A DNA stretch of 64,000 nucleotides from an uncultured Chthonomonadaceae bacterium (GCA_963835065.1 CAWIEK010000015.1:87053-151052); one strand, 5' to 3'; numbered from the stretch's first letter, positions 1 to 10,773 are shown. Program-made: numbers and translations. Notes: generated by a model from the sequence alone, not told the origin.

Positions 1-2
1 AT

Positions 3-587
3 GTGCTGATAGCGGGCGGATGGGCCGGCCACAAAAAACGATGGGAAGACATTGCGCCGCAAATGGAAACGGTAATCTTGCGTCCAAAAGCCATTTTCGG
101 GCCGGGAGATACCTCCCTGCTGCCCCGCCTGATTGCCGCCGCTCAATGTAATCGCCTGCCGCAAATCGGCAACGGCGCGAACCGCGTGGATTTGACGTAT
201 GTGGACAATGTTGTTCATGCCATTACGCTGTCACTGACGCAAGCGGAAGCGTCAGGCGGCATATACACCATCACGAACGGCGAGTCGCCCCGCGTGTGGG
301 ACGTGATACGGCGCGTCCTGCGCGAACTTGGCTTGAATGACCGCCTGCGTCAAGTTCCTTACCACGCGGCGTACGCCATCGCGGCCTGCATGGAAGCCAA
401 AAGCGCGCTGACCGGGCGCGAACCCCTCCTGACCCGCTACACCGTCGCCGTGCTGGGCCGAACGCAAACCTACGACATTTCCGCCGCCCGTCGCGACCTG
501 AATTACACGCCGCAGGTTTCTCTGGAAGACGGCATCGAACGCGCGATTGCGGCAATCAAAGAGAGTACTGCCGCGCCCGGTATATGA
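3..587 (+). CDS. NAD-dependent epimerase/dehydratase (3-beta-HSD/OleD-like), 5'-truncated by the window edge
   Basis: C-terminal extended-SDR motifs ILRPKAIFGPGD, DLTYVDNVV, YDISAARRDLNY. Confidence 0.8.
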   Translation: MLIAGGWAGHKKRWEDIAPQMETVILRPKAIFGPGDTSLLPRLIAAAQCNRLPQIGNGANRVDLTYVDNVVHAITLSLTQAEASGGIYTITNGESPRVWDVIRRVLRELGLNDRLRQVPYHAAYAIAACMEAKSALTGREPLLTRYTVAVLGRTQTYDISAARRDLNYTPQVSLEDGIERAIAAIKESTAAPGI

Positions 588-602
588 ATGTATAGCCGTT
601 CC

Positions 603-872
603 TCAGCAGATGACCTCAAAGGGCTTGACGCTTGCCGCCACCAACTCGTTGCCCTTGTCGTCCTCCACGAGTAGCAGGTGAACCCCTTTCTGCTCGGCAA
701 GGGCTTTGACGGCCTCAATCCCGCCCCCGCGTTTTTCAATGGAGGTCAGCTTGCGCTGGCTCATCGTGCTGGAGCCATTGGCGACGGCATCCAGCCATTC
801 CGCAGCCCATTGGGTTGTCGCATCCGTTGTCATATCCTCTTGTTTGGTGTCCATGCTGTTTTCCTTTTCCAT
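603..872 (-). CDS. hypothetical protein
   Basis: 89-aa ORF in tandem with the macro-domain gene; no family recognised. Confidence 0.55.
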   Translation of the reverse strand: MEKENSMDTKQEDMTTDATTQWAAEWLDAVANGSSTMSQRKLTSIEKRGGGIEAVKALAEQKGVHLLLVEDDKGNELVAASVKPFEVIC

Positions 873-888
873 GTTCCCATCGGATTGT

Positions 889-1494
889 TTATTCGCCTGC
901 CCTCAACAGGCGGTAATGTTCGTTGATGATCGCGTTAATGCTGCCGGAATCCCACGTCTGCCCTTCAACAACCTGCGTATAAGCGGCGTACATCTGCTTT
1001 GCGCAGATTTCTGCCGGCATTTCACCCGTTGCTGTTGCTAATCCCGGACAGATAACGCTTTTAATGGCTCCGGGAAAGAGGGCGTTATGTTTCTGAATGA
1101 TGCGGAGGGACGCTCGGAAAGCCAGATACGCATTAAGCGTATTACTGACATTGGCAGGTGCGCGCATCGTTGGCGCGCTAATCAGGTAAGGCAGATTGGG
1201 ATCTCCGGTTCCCAATAAAACCGCCATGCCGATAGGCAACTCGCCTTCGTACTCCTCCCGAAGCAACTGCCGCAAACGCTCTTGCAGTTGCCAGCCGAAG
1301 CGTCGGGAGTAAATCAGGTCAATGCCACCATCCATGAACCCGAAACAGTTCGCGGGACTGATGATCGCATCCGCTTGTACGCCGAAGATGTCGCCAACGG
1401 AAGGGTGAACCTGCGGAATATCCGCAAAGTATTTTGACCATGCCGCCACAAGAGGAGCATTGATGTCGCGCAGATAATAGATGACCTCAGACAC
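889..1494 (-). CDS. macro domain (Appr-1-p processing) protein
   Basis: GDI...DAIISPANCFGFMDGGID, APTM and CPGLATATG motifs; GGAGG RBS. Confidence 0.85.
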   Translation of the reverse strand: MSEVIYYLRDINAPLVAAWSKYFADIPQVHPSVGDIFGVQADAIISPANCFGFMDGGIDLIYSRRFGWQLQERLRQLLREEYEGELPIGMAVLLGTGDPNLPYLISAPTMRAPANVSNTLNAYLAFRASLRIIQKHNALFPGAIKSVICPGLATATGEMPAEICAKQMYAAYTQVVEGQTWDSGSINAIINEHYRLLRAGE

Positions 1495-1511
1495 ATTTCA
1501 CCTCCCATTGT

Positions 1512-1769
1512 CTACGCAGCCATCGGTCTTTGCTGCCTGCCCGCCAGAAGCAGAACCGCAAGAGCGGGCGGCAGTTCGGGAAGTTCCTCCGTCAAGCCGT
1601 AAAGGTAGTGGCTGATGCGGTTGAACTGATGGTGACTGATGTGCCATTGCCGCATAAAAGCGTCACAATCCACGCCCGCTTGTTCCAACAAGGTTCCGAA
1701 AGCGATTTCTGCATCTGTTTCCTGTTCGATGCGCCGTTTGTCGCTTTGATAACGATCATAAGTTGTCAT
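1512..1769 (-). CDS. hypothetical protein
   Basis: 85-aa ORF with GAGGAG RBS, directly downstream of pheA. Confidence 0.55.
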   Translation of the reverse strand: MTTYDRYQSDKRRIEQETDAEIAFGTLLEQAGVDCDAFMRQWHISHHQFNRISHYLYGLTEELPELPPALAVLLLAGRQQRPMAA

Positions 1770-1808
1770 TGGTTCTCCTCATCCGCCGATTTTGCCTGTG
1801 CAGCAAGT

Positions 1809-2873
1809 CTAACTGGATTCGGGGTAGGAACCGAGGACGCGGACGAACAGGACGTGTTCTTTGAGCAGCGTGATGGCTTTTGTCACCGACACGTCTTTGG
1901 TATGGCCCTGCGCGTCCACGTAAAACACATACTGCCACGCGGCGGTTTTGTTGGGGCGCGATTCGATCATGGTCAGGTTCACGTCGTACTTTTCAAAAAA
2001 GTTCAGCGCGTGTACCAGTTCGCCCGCCCGGTTGGGAACCGCGAACATCAGCGAGGTTTTATCCTTGCCCGTCGGCTCCGGTTCGTTATAGCCCAACACC
2101 AGAAAGCGCGTCCGGTTGTTCGGGTTGTCTTCGATATGCTCGCACAAGATGGGCATGTCGTACTTTTCCGCCGCCAGCGTGGTCGCAATCGCCGCGCTGC
2201 CCTCATCCTGTGAGGCGAGTTCCGCCGCTTTCGACGTGCTGGACGCTTCGATTTCCTCCACATGCCCCAGGTGGCTGCGCAGCCATTGCCGGCACTGCGC
2301 GAGCGGCTGAAAGTGCGAGTACAGCCGCTTGACCTGCTCCAAACTTTCGCACCGGGTCAGCAGATTATGGCGTATCGGCTGGTATACTTCCGAGACGACG
2401 CGCAGATTGGAGTTCATGAACGTGTCCAGCGTTTCGGGAACCACGCCCGCCCACGAATTTTCTACCGGCACGATCCCATAGTCACACGCGCTGCGCTCCA
2501 CCTGCGCGAACACGTCCGAAATCGTGGCTTCGGGGGAGAATTGTGACGACGTTCCGAACTTCGCCAGACTCGCCAGATGGCTGAACGTGCCTTCAGGTCC
2601 CAAGAACGCCACCATCAGCGGTTTTTCCAGGGCGCGGCACGCGGAAATGATCTCTTTGTAGATCGCGCGCACCGAATTGGTCTCCAACGGCCCTTTATTC
2701 AGCGACTCCAGCCGTTTGAATACGATATGTTCGCGTTCCGGGGTAAAATAATGGGAACGTGTGTTGGCTTTGGCGTGGCCGATCTGCTGCGCGCACTCCG
2801 CGCGCCGATTCAGCAGTTCCAGAACTTGCGCGTCAATGCGGTCTATTTCCTTGCGCCATTCAGGCAAACTCAT
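1809..2873 (-). CDS. pheA: chorismate mutase/prephenate dehydratase
   Basis: N-terminal CM domain (RKEIDRID), LGPEGTFS, PVENS, NRTRFLV, ACT domain with IESRP. Confidence 0.95.
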   Translation of the reverse strand: MSLPEWRKEIDRIDAQVLELLNRRAECAQQIGHAKANTRSHYFTPEREHIVFKRLESLNKGPLETNSVRAIYKEIISACRALEKPLMVAFLGPEGTFSHLASLAKFGTSSQFSPEATISDVFAQVERSACDYGIVPVENSWAGVVPETLDTFMNSNLRVVSEVYQPIRHNLLTRCESLEQVKRLYSHFQPLAQCRQWLRSHLGHVEEIEASSTSKAAELASQDEGSAAIATTLAAEKYDMPILCEHIEDNPNNRTRFLVLGYNEPEPTGKDKTSLMFAVPNRAGELVHALNFFEKYDVNLTMIESRPNKTAAWQYVFYVDAQGHTKDVSVTKAITLLKEHVLFVRVLGSYPESS

Positions 2874-3025
2874 AAGGTTATTCCTCGTGTAAGGGTTTTA
2901 GTTGATAGTTGATAGAGAAATGCGCGGCGACATTGCGGCGCGGGTTTGTTGGATGTGTGGCTGCAAGATTCCGCATGGCACATTAGATTTCCTGCATAAA
3001 GAAGGCGTTGAGGTTTTATAAAGAT

Positions 3026-3880
3026 ATGGCCCGTGGAAGTTGGTTTAACCGGCACAAGCGCAACGGCAGCGCGCCCGTTGACGTGCCCGAAGGTTTGTGG
3101 ACGAAATGCGACCGTTGCAGCGACATTTCGTTTACCAAAGACGTGCAGCGCAACCTCATGGTGTGCGCCAAGTGCGGCTATCACCACAAATTAACGGCCA
3201 GAGAGCGGCTGGAAATGCTGGCGGACCCCGAAAGTTTTGTGGAAATGGATGGGGAGTTGAAATCGCTCGACCCGCTCGGATTTCCCGATTACGGCGATAA
3301 AATTGGACGGGCGCGGACCAAAACCAGCCTCACCGATGCAATTTTAACGGGACATGCGCGTATAGAGGAAAATCCCTGTCTGATTGGCGTGGCGGATTTC
3401 GCGTTCATGGGCGGCTCGATGGGCAGCGTCGTGGGCGAAAAAATCGTCCGAGCGATGGAAGCCGGGACGCGCGAACGCCTGCCCGTTGTCTTAGTCACGG
3501 CAAACGGCGGCGGGGCGCGGATGCAGGAAGGTATTTACTCGCTGATGCAGATGGCGAAAACAAGCGCGGGCGTGGCGCGTCTGGACCGCGCCGCTATCCC
3601 TTATATTGTCGTTCTGACCGACCCCACAATGGCCGGCGTGTACGCTTCCTTCGCTTCGCTTGGCGATGTAATTTTGGCGGAACCGGGCGCATTGATTGGG
3701 TTTGCCGGGCGGCGCGTGGGCAATCAGGACATGGGCGTGAAACTGCCCGACGATTTTCAAACGGCGGAATTTCAATTTCGCTGCGGCCAGATAGATCAGG
3801 TTGTGCCGCGCAAGGAACTGCGGGGAACGCTGGCGCGTCTGCTGGCGTTTTTTGCAGAGGAGACGCCTCGTGTCGCTTAA
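3026..3880 (+). CDS. accD: acetyl-CoA carboxylase carboxyltransferase beta subunit
   Basis: LWTKC..C...C..C zinc finger, FMGGSMGSVVGEK, GGARMQEG. Confidence 0.95.
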   Translation: MARGSWFNRHKRNGSAPVDVPEGLWTKCDRCSDISFTKDVQRNLMVCAKCGYHHKLTARERLEMLADPESFVEMDGELKSLDPLGFPDYGDKIGRARTKTSLTDAILTGHARIEENPCLIGVADFAFMGGSMGSVVGEKIVRAMEAGTRERLPVVLVTANGGGARMQEGIYSLMQMAKTSAGVARLDRAAIPYIVVLTDPTMAGVYASFASLGDVILAEPGALIGFAGRRVGNQDMGVKLPDDFQTAEFQFRCGQIDQVVPRKELRGTLARLLAFFAEETPRVA

Positions 3881-4886
3881 CAGCCCCTTTGACTTTGAAA
3901 AACCGATTGCCGAACTGGACGATAAAATTATCGAACTGAAGCGGTTTGCGACGGAAGCCGGGGCGCGGGCGGACGCGCAGGCGCGGGGCATTGACATTGA
4001 CGCGGAGATCGCCAAGTTGGAAACCCGACGGGAGCAAGCCATGCGGCACATCTTCTCACACCTGACGCCGTGGAACGAAGTGCAAATGGCGCGTCACCCG
4101 CAGCGCCCGTATACGCTGGATTATATCAGCCTTCTCTTCGAGGACTTTACGGAACTGCACGGCGACCGCGTGAATGCCGACGATCCGGCGATTGTCGGCG
4201 GCTTCGCCCGCTTCCACAACAAATCCGTCGTCGTCCTGGGACACCAGAAAGCGCGCGACCTGAAAGAGCGCCAACTGCGCAACTTTGGCAGCGCGCGCCC
4301 CGCCGGGTTCCGCAAAGCCCTGCGCCTGATGAAATTGGCCGACAAGTTCAACAAGCCCTTAATTGTATTCGTAGATACCCCGGCTGCGGAAGCGAATCTG
4401 CTGGCGGAAGAAGAGGGTATCAGCGCGACGATTGCCGTAAACCTGCGCGAAATGGCCGGCCTGCGCATCCCGATTGTGGTTGCGGTTATCGGCGAGGGTG
4501 GCAGTGGCGGCGCGTTAGGCATTGCCGTTGGCGACCGTATCTTAATGCTGGAACACGCGATTTATTCCGTAATTCCGCCCGAATCCTGCGCCGCGATTTT
4601 GTGGAATGACCGCGCCCGCGCCCCCGAAGCCGCCGACGCCCTCAAACTTACCGCCCACCATGCCTTAGAATTCGGCATTATAGACGAGATCGTTCCCGAA
4701 CCACTGGGCGGGGCGCACCGCAACGTAAACGAAATGGCCGCCACCCTCAAACAAGGCATCAGCCGCAACCTGACCCTGTTAAGCAAACTCTCGCCCGACG
4801 AACTGCAATGCGCCCGCTATGAGAAATTCCGCCGCATCGGTGAATGGGAAGACCCTACAGTGTTGCTGAAGACGGGAACGGAGTAG
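3870..4886 (+). CDS. accA: acetyl-CoA carboxylase carboxyltransferase alpha subunit
   Basis: FEKPI, ARHPQRP, GEGGSGGALG; GTG start with GAGGAG RBS overlapping the accD end. Confidence 0.95.
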   Translation: MSLNSPFDFEKPIAELDDKIIELKRFATEAGARADAQARGIDIDAEIAKLETRREQAMRHIFSHLTPWNEVQMARHPQRPYTLDYISLLFEDFTELHGDRVNADDPAIVGGFARFHNKSVVVLGHQKARDLKERQLRNFGSARPAGFRKALRLMKLADKFNKPLIVFVDTPAAEANLLAEEEGISATIAVNLREMAGLRIPIVVAVIGEGGSGGALGIAVGDRILMLEHAIYSVIPPESCAAILWNDRARAPEAADALKLTAHHALEFGIIDEIVPEPLGGAHRNVNEMAATLKQGISRNLTLLSKLSPDELQCARYEKFRRIGEWEDPTVLLKTGTE

Positions 4887-5011
4887 TTCACCACCAAGAC
4901 ACAAAGAACACCAAGAAAAACAAAGAGAAGAAGCGAGAAGAGATGCAAAGCAGAACTTGCTCTGAATTCCCTTCTCCTACTTGGTGTTCTTCGTGTCTTG
5001 GTGGTGAACTA
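4884..5011. repeat. long inverted repeat (REP-like hairpin) starting at the accA stop
   Basis: TAGTTCACCACCAAGACACAAAGAACACCAAG ... CTTGGTGTTCTTCGTGTCTTGGTGGTGAACTA. Confidence 0.8.
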
Positions 5012-5538
5012 TAACGAAAGTGCGGGCAGTCCGTTCCGCCTCGGACTGCCCGCGTCGTGTGTTCCCGTCAGCAACGTCAGCGCCCCCGTCGTTACTGTTG
5101 GTGAACCGCACGGCTGAAGGGGAGGGCAAGTGGTTCCGGTTTCTCGGAAAAGGCTTGCCCCGGCCCCGGATTCGCAAAATCTGTTTGGTAAGGTCTTGCG
5201 CTATGTAAAGTGGAAGCAGTGAGAGCGTGGCTGCGCCTCGCAGATCGGGAAGCGGGTTGTGACAGTCGCGGGTGGCATCAGGAAAACGATCATGGTTTTC
5301 GACGATGCAACGGCTTGCGGCCATCAGGATGCTTCCGAACCCTTTCTCCTTCGCACAGGGTTAGGAAACGCAGGCGGGTTTGCAGCGTGACACCTTTTGT
5401 CAAAAAAGTTTGTGTTCGGTGTTCAGGTATTCGGGTGTTCAGGTATTGGGCTGAACTCTGCTGACCCGGTTTGTTCGCGTGGGGTGGGAGTTTTGCTTTG
5501 TGGCGGCGAAACGAGGGTGGAAAATTTTACATTTGCTG

Positions 5539-5567
5539 TTGTAGCGAATGGCGGACTGTGCTATAAT
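5539..5567 (+). promoter_or_regulatory. sigma70-type promoter for the uORF/TonB locus
   Basis: TTGTAG-17 bp-TATAAT with extended TG. Confidence 0.6.
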
Positions 5568-5609
5568 CGAAAGAATGGTTTGCAAATGCTGAGGAAAGGA
5601 GGAAAACCG

Positions 5610-6153
5610 GTGTACCGTCTGCTGCATGGTTTGTTACATCGTCCGTTTCAACGGAAGCGTTACCTGCGCGTCATGGACAATGCTGCTTGGGCTGTGCTAC
5701 CTTGTCGTCAGCGTTTTCCTGCCTTTTCAGCACACGCATATCGGTGGCGAAGACGAAGCGGGGGGCATCAGTTCGACGTGGGCGCAGGCGAGTGAGCGGC
5801 AACTCGTTTTCACGCAAGCCACCGCCGTTCAAATAGTCTCTGCGCAAACAGCCTCCGTTCAAGCAACTTCCACGCGCGATGCTTCCCGGCATAATAGTTC
5901 GTTACGCCGCTCGGCTCTCGGTAAGGCTTCTCAGCACACGTATGCGCCCAAACCTGCCTTTGTAAAAGCGGGCAAAAAGCGTTCCACACACTGTCTTGCC
6001 TGCGAGTGGGAATCTATGCAGGTGTCTGCCGCCCTGCCGACATTCACACTGTATTTAACGGACGCCACACCGCCTCGTGTCGTCACAACCCTGCCGCGCT
6101 ACTTACGTTCGCGGGCGATTGCCACCTCCTCGCGTGGCCCGCCCACCGTTTGA
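5610..6153 (+). CDS. DUF2946/CruR-like protein (CxxC plus C-terminal RGPP); probable frameshift near 5670
   Basis: GTG at 5610 with AGGAGG RBS; hydrophobic segment, HTH, HCLACEW, ends SSRGPPTV; upstream of a TonB receptor. Confidence 0.75.
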
Positions 6154-6732
6154 ACCTCTACAATGCGCTTCCTCGCGCATGTTCGCGTTTCATCACTTAC
6201 TTCTTTACAATTCAATGTCTTGCGTTAAGCGTCCAGATGCCTGTTTGCGGGTTTCCGGCTGCTTATTGCCTGCCTGGTTTTGTCGCATTAGAGACTCTCA
6301 AGGATTGAAAGTCCATGAGATAAATCTCGCGGCTGTGGTAACGTAGGGACATAACATGTTATGTCCTGCCTTCGGGTACTGCAACAGCTATGTCGAGAGA
6401 ACATCTTTGCTGTGATAAAAGCCTTGTGACGACGTTTGCAATACCTGTTTACGGCTATTGGGATTCCCAATTTGCCTGTGAAATCATGGTTTTGCCGATG
6501 TTGCCACACCCATAGTAACTTGCCGACTGCGGTTCGTTGACAATCCATCACTACGGGATTGTTGACGCCGCGCCGCGCATGTTACGCATGGGCAGACGAC
6601 AAAAAGGCGCACAGGTGCTGGTAACACCCATGCGCCGGGCGAGCGTGACGAATCACGTCCGGTTCCAACCGTGATTGTAGCACGTCCTCGCCCTTTCGTC
6701 CACCCGTTCTCAACGAAAGGGAGGATATTCTC

Positions 6733-9428
6733 ATGAGTGATCGGTACAAACCGATCCTGCGCGTGTTCGGCCTGTTTGTCATGGCTGCTTTTCTAAGCCT
6801 GATGGCGGTCGGACGCGCCTGCGCGGACGTCGTCGGACGCCTGCGCTTTATAGTCAAGGACGCTAACGACAAGAACGAAAAGCCTATTATGGGCGCAAAA
6901 ATCGTTCTGCACGACACGGCAGGCGTACGCCCCGACATCACGCTGACTTCGGACGCCAAAGGCAACGCCACAAGCCCCGAACTGGACAACCGCGACTGGC
7001 AAATCACCACCACTGCCGAAAACTACCAGCCGGATAAGCAGATCAAGACCGTTATCACCGACCGCGCGACCGATGTGGAAGTGTTGCTCGAACCCGTGGG
7101 GCCGGAAAAGGTTATCAAGGTCACAGCGGGCAAGGAAACGACGGACAAGCGCAACACCACGAACGAAACCCGCCGTGACCAGAAGTTCGTGCAGACGTTT
7201 CCCGCCACAGCAGGCAACCCGCAGAACCTGGGCAGCGTCACCCGCACCGTTCCCGGCTTCGCGCAGGATTCGGTGAACCAGTTCCATCCGCGCGGCGAAC
7301 ACTCCGCAACCGCCATTTTCCTCAACGGCTTTGAACTGCCGGACGCGCTGCAAGGCCGCGCCGGGCAGATTCTGGTTCCCGATGTTATTCAAAACCTCGA
7401 CGTCCAGACGGGTGGTTTCGCGCCCGAATATGGCGGCGAAACCGCAGCCATTCTCAACCTGAACCTGCGCTCCGGGCCGATTACGCCCTTCGCCAGCGCG
7501 GAACTGCAAGGCGGCGAGTTTTCCACCTTCTACAGCGCGTTCTCCTTTGGCGGGCAATTGGGGCAGGCAATCGGCACGCCGGACGCGAACGGACGGCAGG
7601 CACACGCGCTAGGTTATTTCTTTAATCTCAACGCGCGCCGCACGACAAACGCGCTGGAGCCACCCCAGCCCGACAATCAGGAAGCGCACAACACGGGTTC
7701 CCAACTCAGCGGTTTCGGCAACCTCACCTATCAGGCCGGGGCGCGGGATCAGGTTTCCCTCACGCTCAACAGCGCGCCCGCGTATACGCAAATCGCCAAC
7801 CGCGCGGGATTGCCCAATGCCTTTCGTCCCGTCGGGCAGGGCTACGGCCTGTTCGGAGCGCGCAACGCGGACGGGACGCGCCCGGATGTTGTCACCGACC
7901 CCACCGATCCCAACTTCAACGCCAACGCGCTTGGCGCGGCGCCCCTCCAACTTGGCTCCCAGCAGGCGGATGGACAGGACATCAACCAGCGCGATACCAA
8001 CGACTTCGGCCTGCTCAGTCTGCGCCACACGTTCAGCAGCACCACGACGGGCCTGCTTTCCTTCGGGCTTGTTCATTCCGGGCAGGACATTAAGAACAAC
8101 AACAGCGCGTTGAGCATTAACCCCAACGCGCCGGGTTTCGGCTTGCCCATTGACAGTTCGCTGGAATTCAATCCCACTATCATTCGCAACTACCACCACG
8201 CGCAGATACAGGGCAGCGTGACGGCTGCGCGTCACAGCCACACTTACAAGGCCGGCCTGCTCTACGACAATCAGGAAGGGGATGAGTCGTACCAGATCAC
8301 GCCCGGCAGCCAACTGGCGCTCAACGCGCTTGCCGTGTTCACGCCCAATCTGGCTCCCACAGGCGCGGCGCAGCAGGCCGTTAGGAGCCAACGGCCAGCC
8401 GAGCGTGGACGCTAAGGGCAATCCCGTGTTTGTCACTGATGTCAACGGCAATCCTATCTATGTGCCCACGTCCGGCTCTTCGCCCATCGTCAACGTGCAT
8501 CGCACCGGCTTTTATGCGGCGGGCTATTTGCAGGATACATGGCTTGCCACGGCCCGGACGACGCTCAACTATGGATTTCGCGTGGACTGGTATCAGCAGA
8601 AGCAGAACCTGGGCCAGCCCTCCGTAGATCAGGTACACCTGTCGCCGCGCATCAATCTGGCCTATCTGCTCACGCCTAAAACAGTGGGCCGCGTGTCCTT
8701 CAATCGCCTGTTCATTCAGCCGCCGCTTGCGCAGGGGGCGATTATCGGTCAGCCCATCCGCCCCGAAACGCTCAACCAGTACGAGGCCAGCATAGAGCGG
8801 CAGATAGGGCCGGGGCAAACCGCCAAAGTCGCCTACTACTACAAGGACATTTCCAACCAGATTGATACCGGTTTGCTCATTCCCGGTTCGCAGATCGGCG
8901 TCTACTCTTCGGTCAACTTCGAGCGGGGAGCCGTGCATGGCGCGGAATTCTCCTACAATCTTGTGCCCCGCAACAACATCGGCCTGAGTTCCTACGTGTC
9001 CTACGCTTACGCCATCGCCAAGCCCAACGGCCTGGACAACACGGGCGCGCAGGCTCCGACCTTCAACGACCATGACCAGTTGAACACCATCAGCGCGGGA
9101 CTGGCTTATACGCTGAAAACCGGCGCCAACTTCGGCCTGAACCTGTATCACGGCAGCGGTGTCGCCTCCAGCCCTGATCGTCAGCGCCAATCCCAACAGT
9201 ACGGCCACCCTGTTCAACGGCCAGCGGCAGCCGCGCACGGAACTCAACCTGTCGCTTTCCACCGGCCCCCGGCTTTTCGGCGGCGGAGCGGGCGGCAGGG
9301 GTGGCCTGACGGTTGCCGTCGAAAACGTTCTCGATGACCGCAGCGTTATCAACTTCAACTCCGGCTTCAGCGGCACGCGCTTCCAGCAGGGCCGGCGCGT
9401 TCTGCTGTCGCTGTCAGGCAACTTTTAA
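6733..9428 (+). CDS. TonB-dependent receptor (frameshifts near 8385 and 9175)
   Basis: signal peptide, carboxypeptidase-regulatory-like N-domain, plug (GGFAPEYGG), barrel strands (YLQDTW, LSPRINLAY), C-terminal F; spans three consecutive ORFs. Confidence 0.9.
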
Positions 9429-9547
9429 GGTGTCAGGTTTCAGGTGTCAGGTGTCAGGAGATTACATCAATGCGTTGTCTTCACGATATGACAGCAAGAG
9501 TGTTGGCAGCAACGGTCCTGACACCTGACACCTGACACCTGACACCT
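9428..9547. repeat. tandem-heptamer inverted repeat (GGTGTCA)n ... (TGACACC)n
   Basis: about 4 units per arm around a ~58-bp spacer, between the receptor stop and the exbB RBS. Confidence 0.9.
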
Positions 9548-9564
9548 TTCCGAAGGAACTACTC

Positions 9565-10278
9565 ATGTCAAACATCGCGCATTTCATACGGGCGGGCGGG
9601 TTTGTAATGTACCCCCTGCTGCTGCTTTCTCTTATAGCAATTGTGGTAATCGTGGAACGGGGATTGGCGTACCGGCAGTTCGGCGGCATCGCGCCCGGCC
9701 TGCTTGGGGAAGTTCTCAAGCAGTGCCGGGGTGGGCAGTATGACGCGGCATTGAAAGCGTGTCAGGCGCGCAGCGGGCCAGTGGCCGCGTGTCTGACAGT
9801 TGTGTTGCAACACCGCAACCAGCCGACGCGGGAAGTGGAGCGACTGGTGGAGGAGGCCGGGCAGGACTACTTTATCCGGCTGGAACGGCTGCTGCCCGTG
9901 CTGGATACCACAACGACCATTTCGCCCCTCCTGGGCTTGTTGGGAACCATTGTCGGCATGATCGGCACATTCAGCGCGATTGCCAGTCAGGCCAACCGCA
10001 GCAATAGCGACGCGGTTCTGGCGGGAGTGGGGGAAGCCCTGTACGCAACCGCGACGGGCATTATGATCGCCGTAATCTGCTTCGTCGCCTACAACTACTT
10101 TGCCGCGCGCCTGCGAACCGTCACATCGGAAACCGAGCAGGCGGCAACGAAACTTATCAACGCGCTGACCGAGCGGCATCATCAGGAACGCGCGCAGCAC
10201 AACCATACGGAGGCAGGAATGGAGATCAACATGGAGGAAGGAGCCGTTCGTGGAATTCAAGCGACGCCGCGAACTTAA
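9565..10278 (+). CDS. exbB: MotA/TolQ/ExbB proton channel protein
   Basis: GGFVMYPL, SPLLGLLGTIVGMI, EALYATATG. Confidence 0.9.
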   Translation: MSNIAHFIRAGGFVMYPLLLLSLIAIVVIVERGLAYRQFGGIAPGLLGEVLKQCRGGQYDAALKACQARSGPVAACLTVVLQHRNQPTREVERLVEEAGQDYFIRLERLLPVLDTTTTISPLLGLLGTIVGMIGTFSAIASQANRSNSDAVLAGVGEALYATATGIMIAVICFVAYNYFAARLRTVTSETEQAATKLINALTERHHQERAQHNHTEAGMEINMEEGAVRGIQATPRT

Positions 10279-10694
10279 ACGCACCAGAATCGAGATCATT
10301 CCCATGATAGACACGATGTTCTTTCTGCTCGTGTTCTTCATGCTGTCCTCATTGGCGTTGGTTCGGCTTAATGGCCTGCCGGTCAATCTGCCCCGCGCAT
10401 GCTACCGCGCCCAAGCAGCCGGCAAGCGACCTGACCATTACCGTTGACAAAGACCAACAAGTCTATGTCAACAAGGAGCCGGTCACATTGGAAACCCTGA
10501 CAACGGTTCTGGTGCAGAAGGCAGGCGGGCCGAACGTGGATTTGGCGAACGCTTCCGTTGTCATCAACGCCGACTTGACCGTGCCGCATGGCATTGTCGT
10601 GAAGTGCATTGACGAATCGCGGAGCGTGGGCATTACCAAGTTCGCCATTGCAACCGCCCCGGAGCACGGGAAAGCGGAAAGGAGAAGTTGCTGA
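10250..10694 (+). CDS. exbD: ExbD/TolR biopolymer transport protein (frameshift near 10400)
   Basis: IIPMIDTMFFLLVFFML, VNLP, VVINAD. Confidence 0.88.
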
Positions 10695-10773
10695 TGTAGC
10701 AACTCCAATAGGCACGGACCAATGGGGGCATGGACTGCGCCAAATGCGATGGACAGTCAGGGCATGGTTTTGA

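Noticed and set aside
6154..6732. Cobalamin riboswitch ahead of the TonB receptor
   Set aside because: No B12-box or GCCACTG/GGGAAG core visible.
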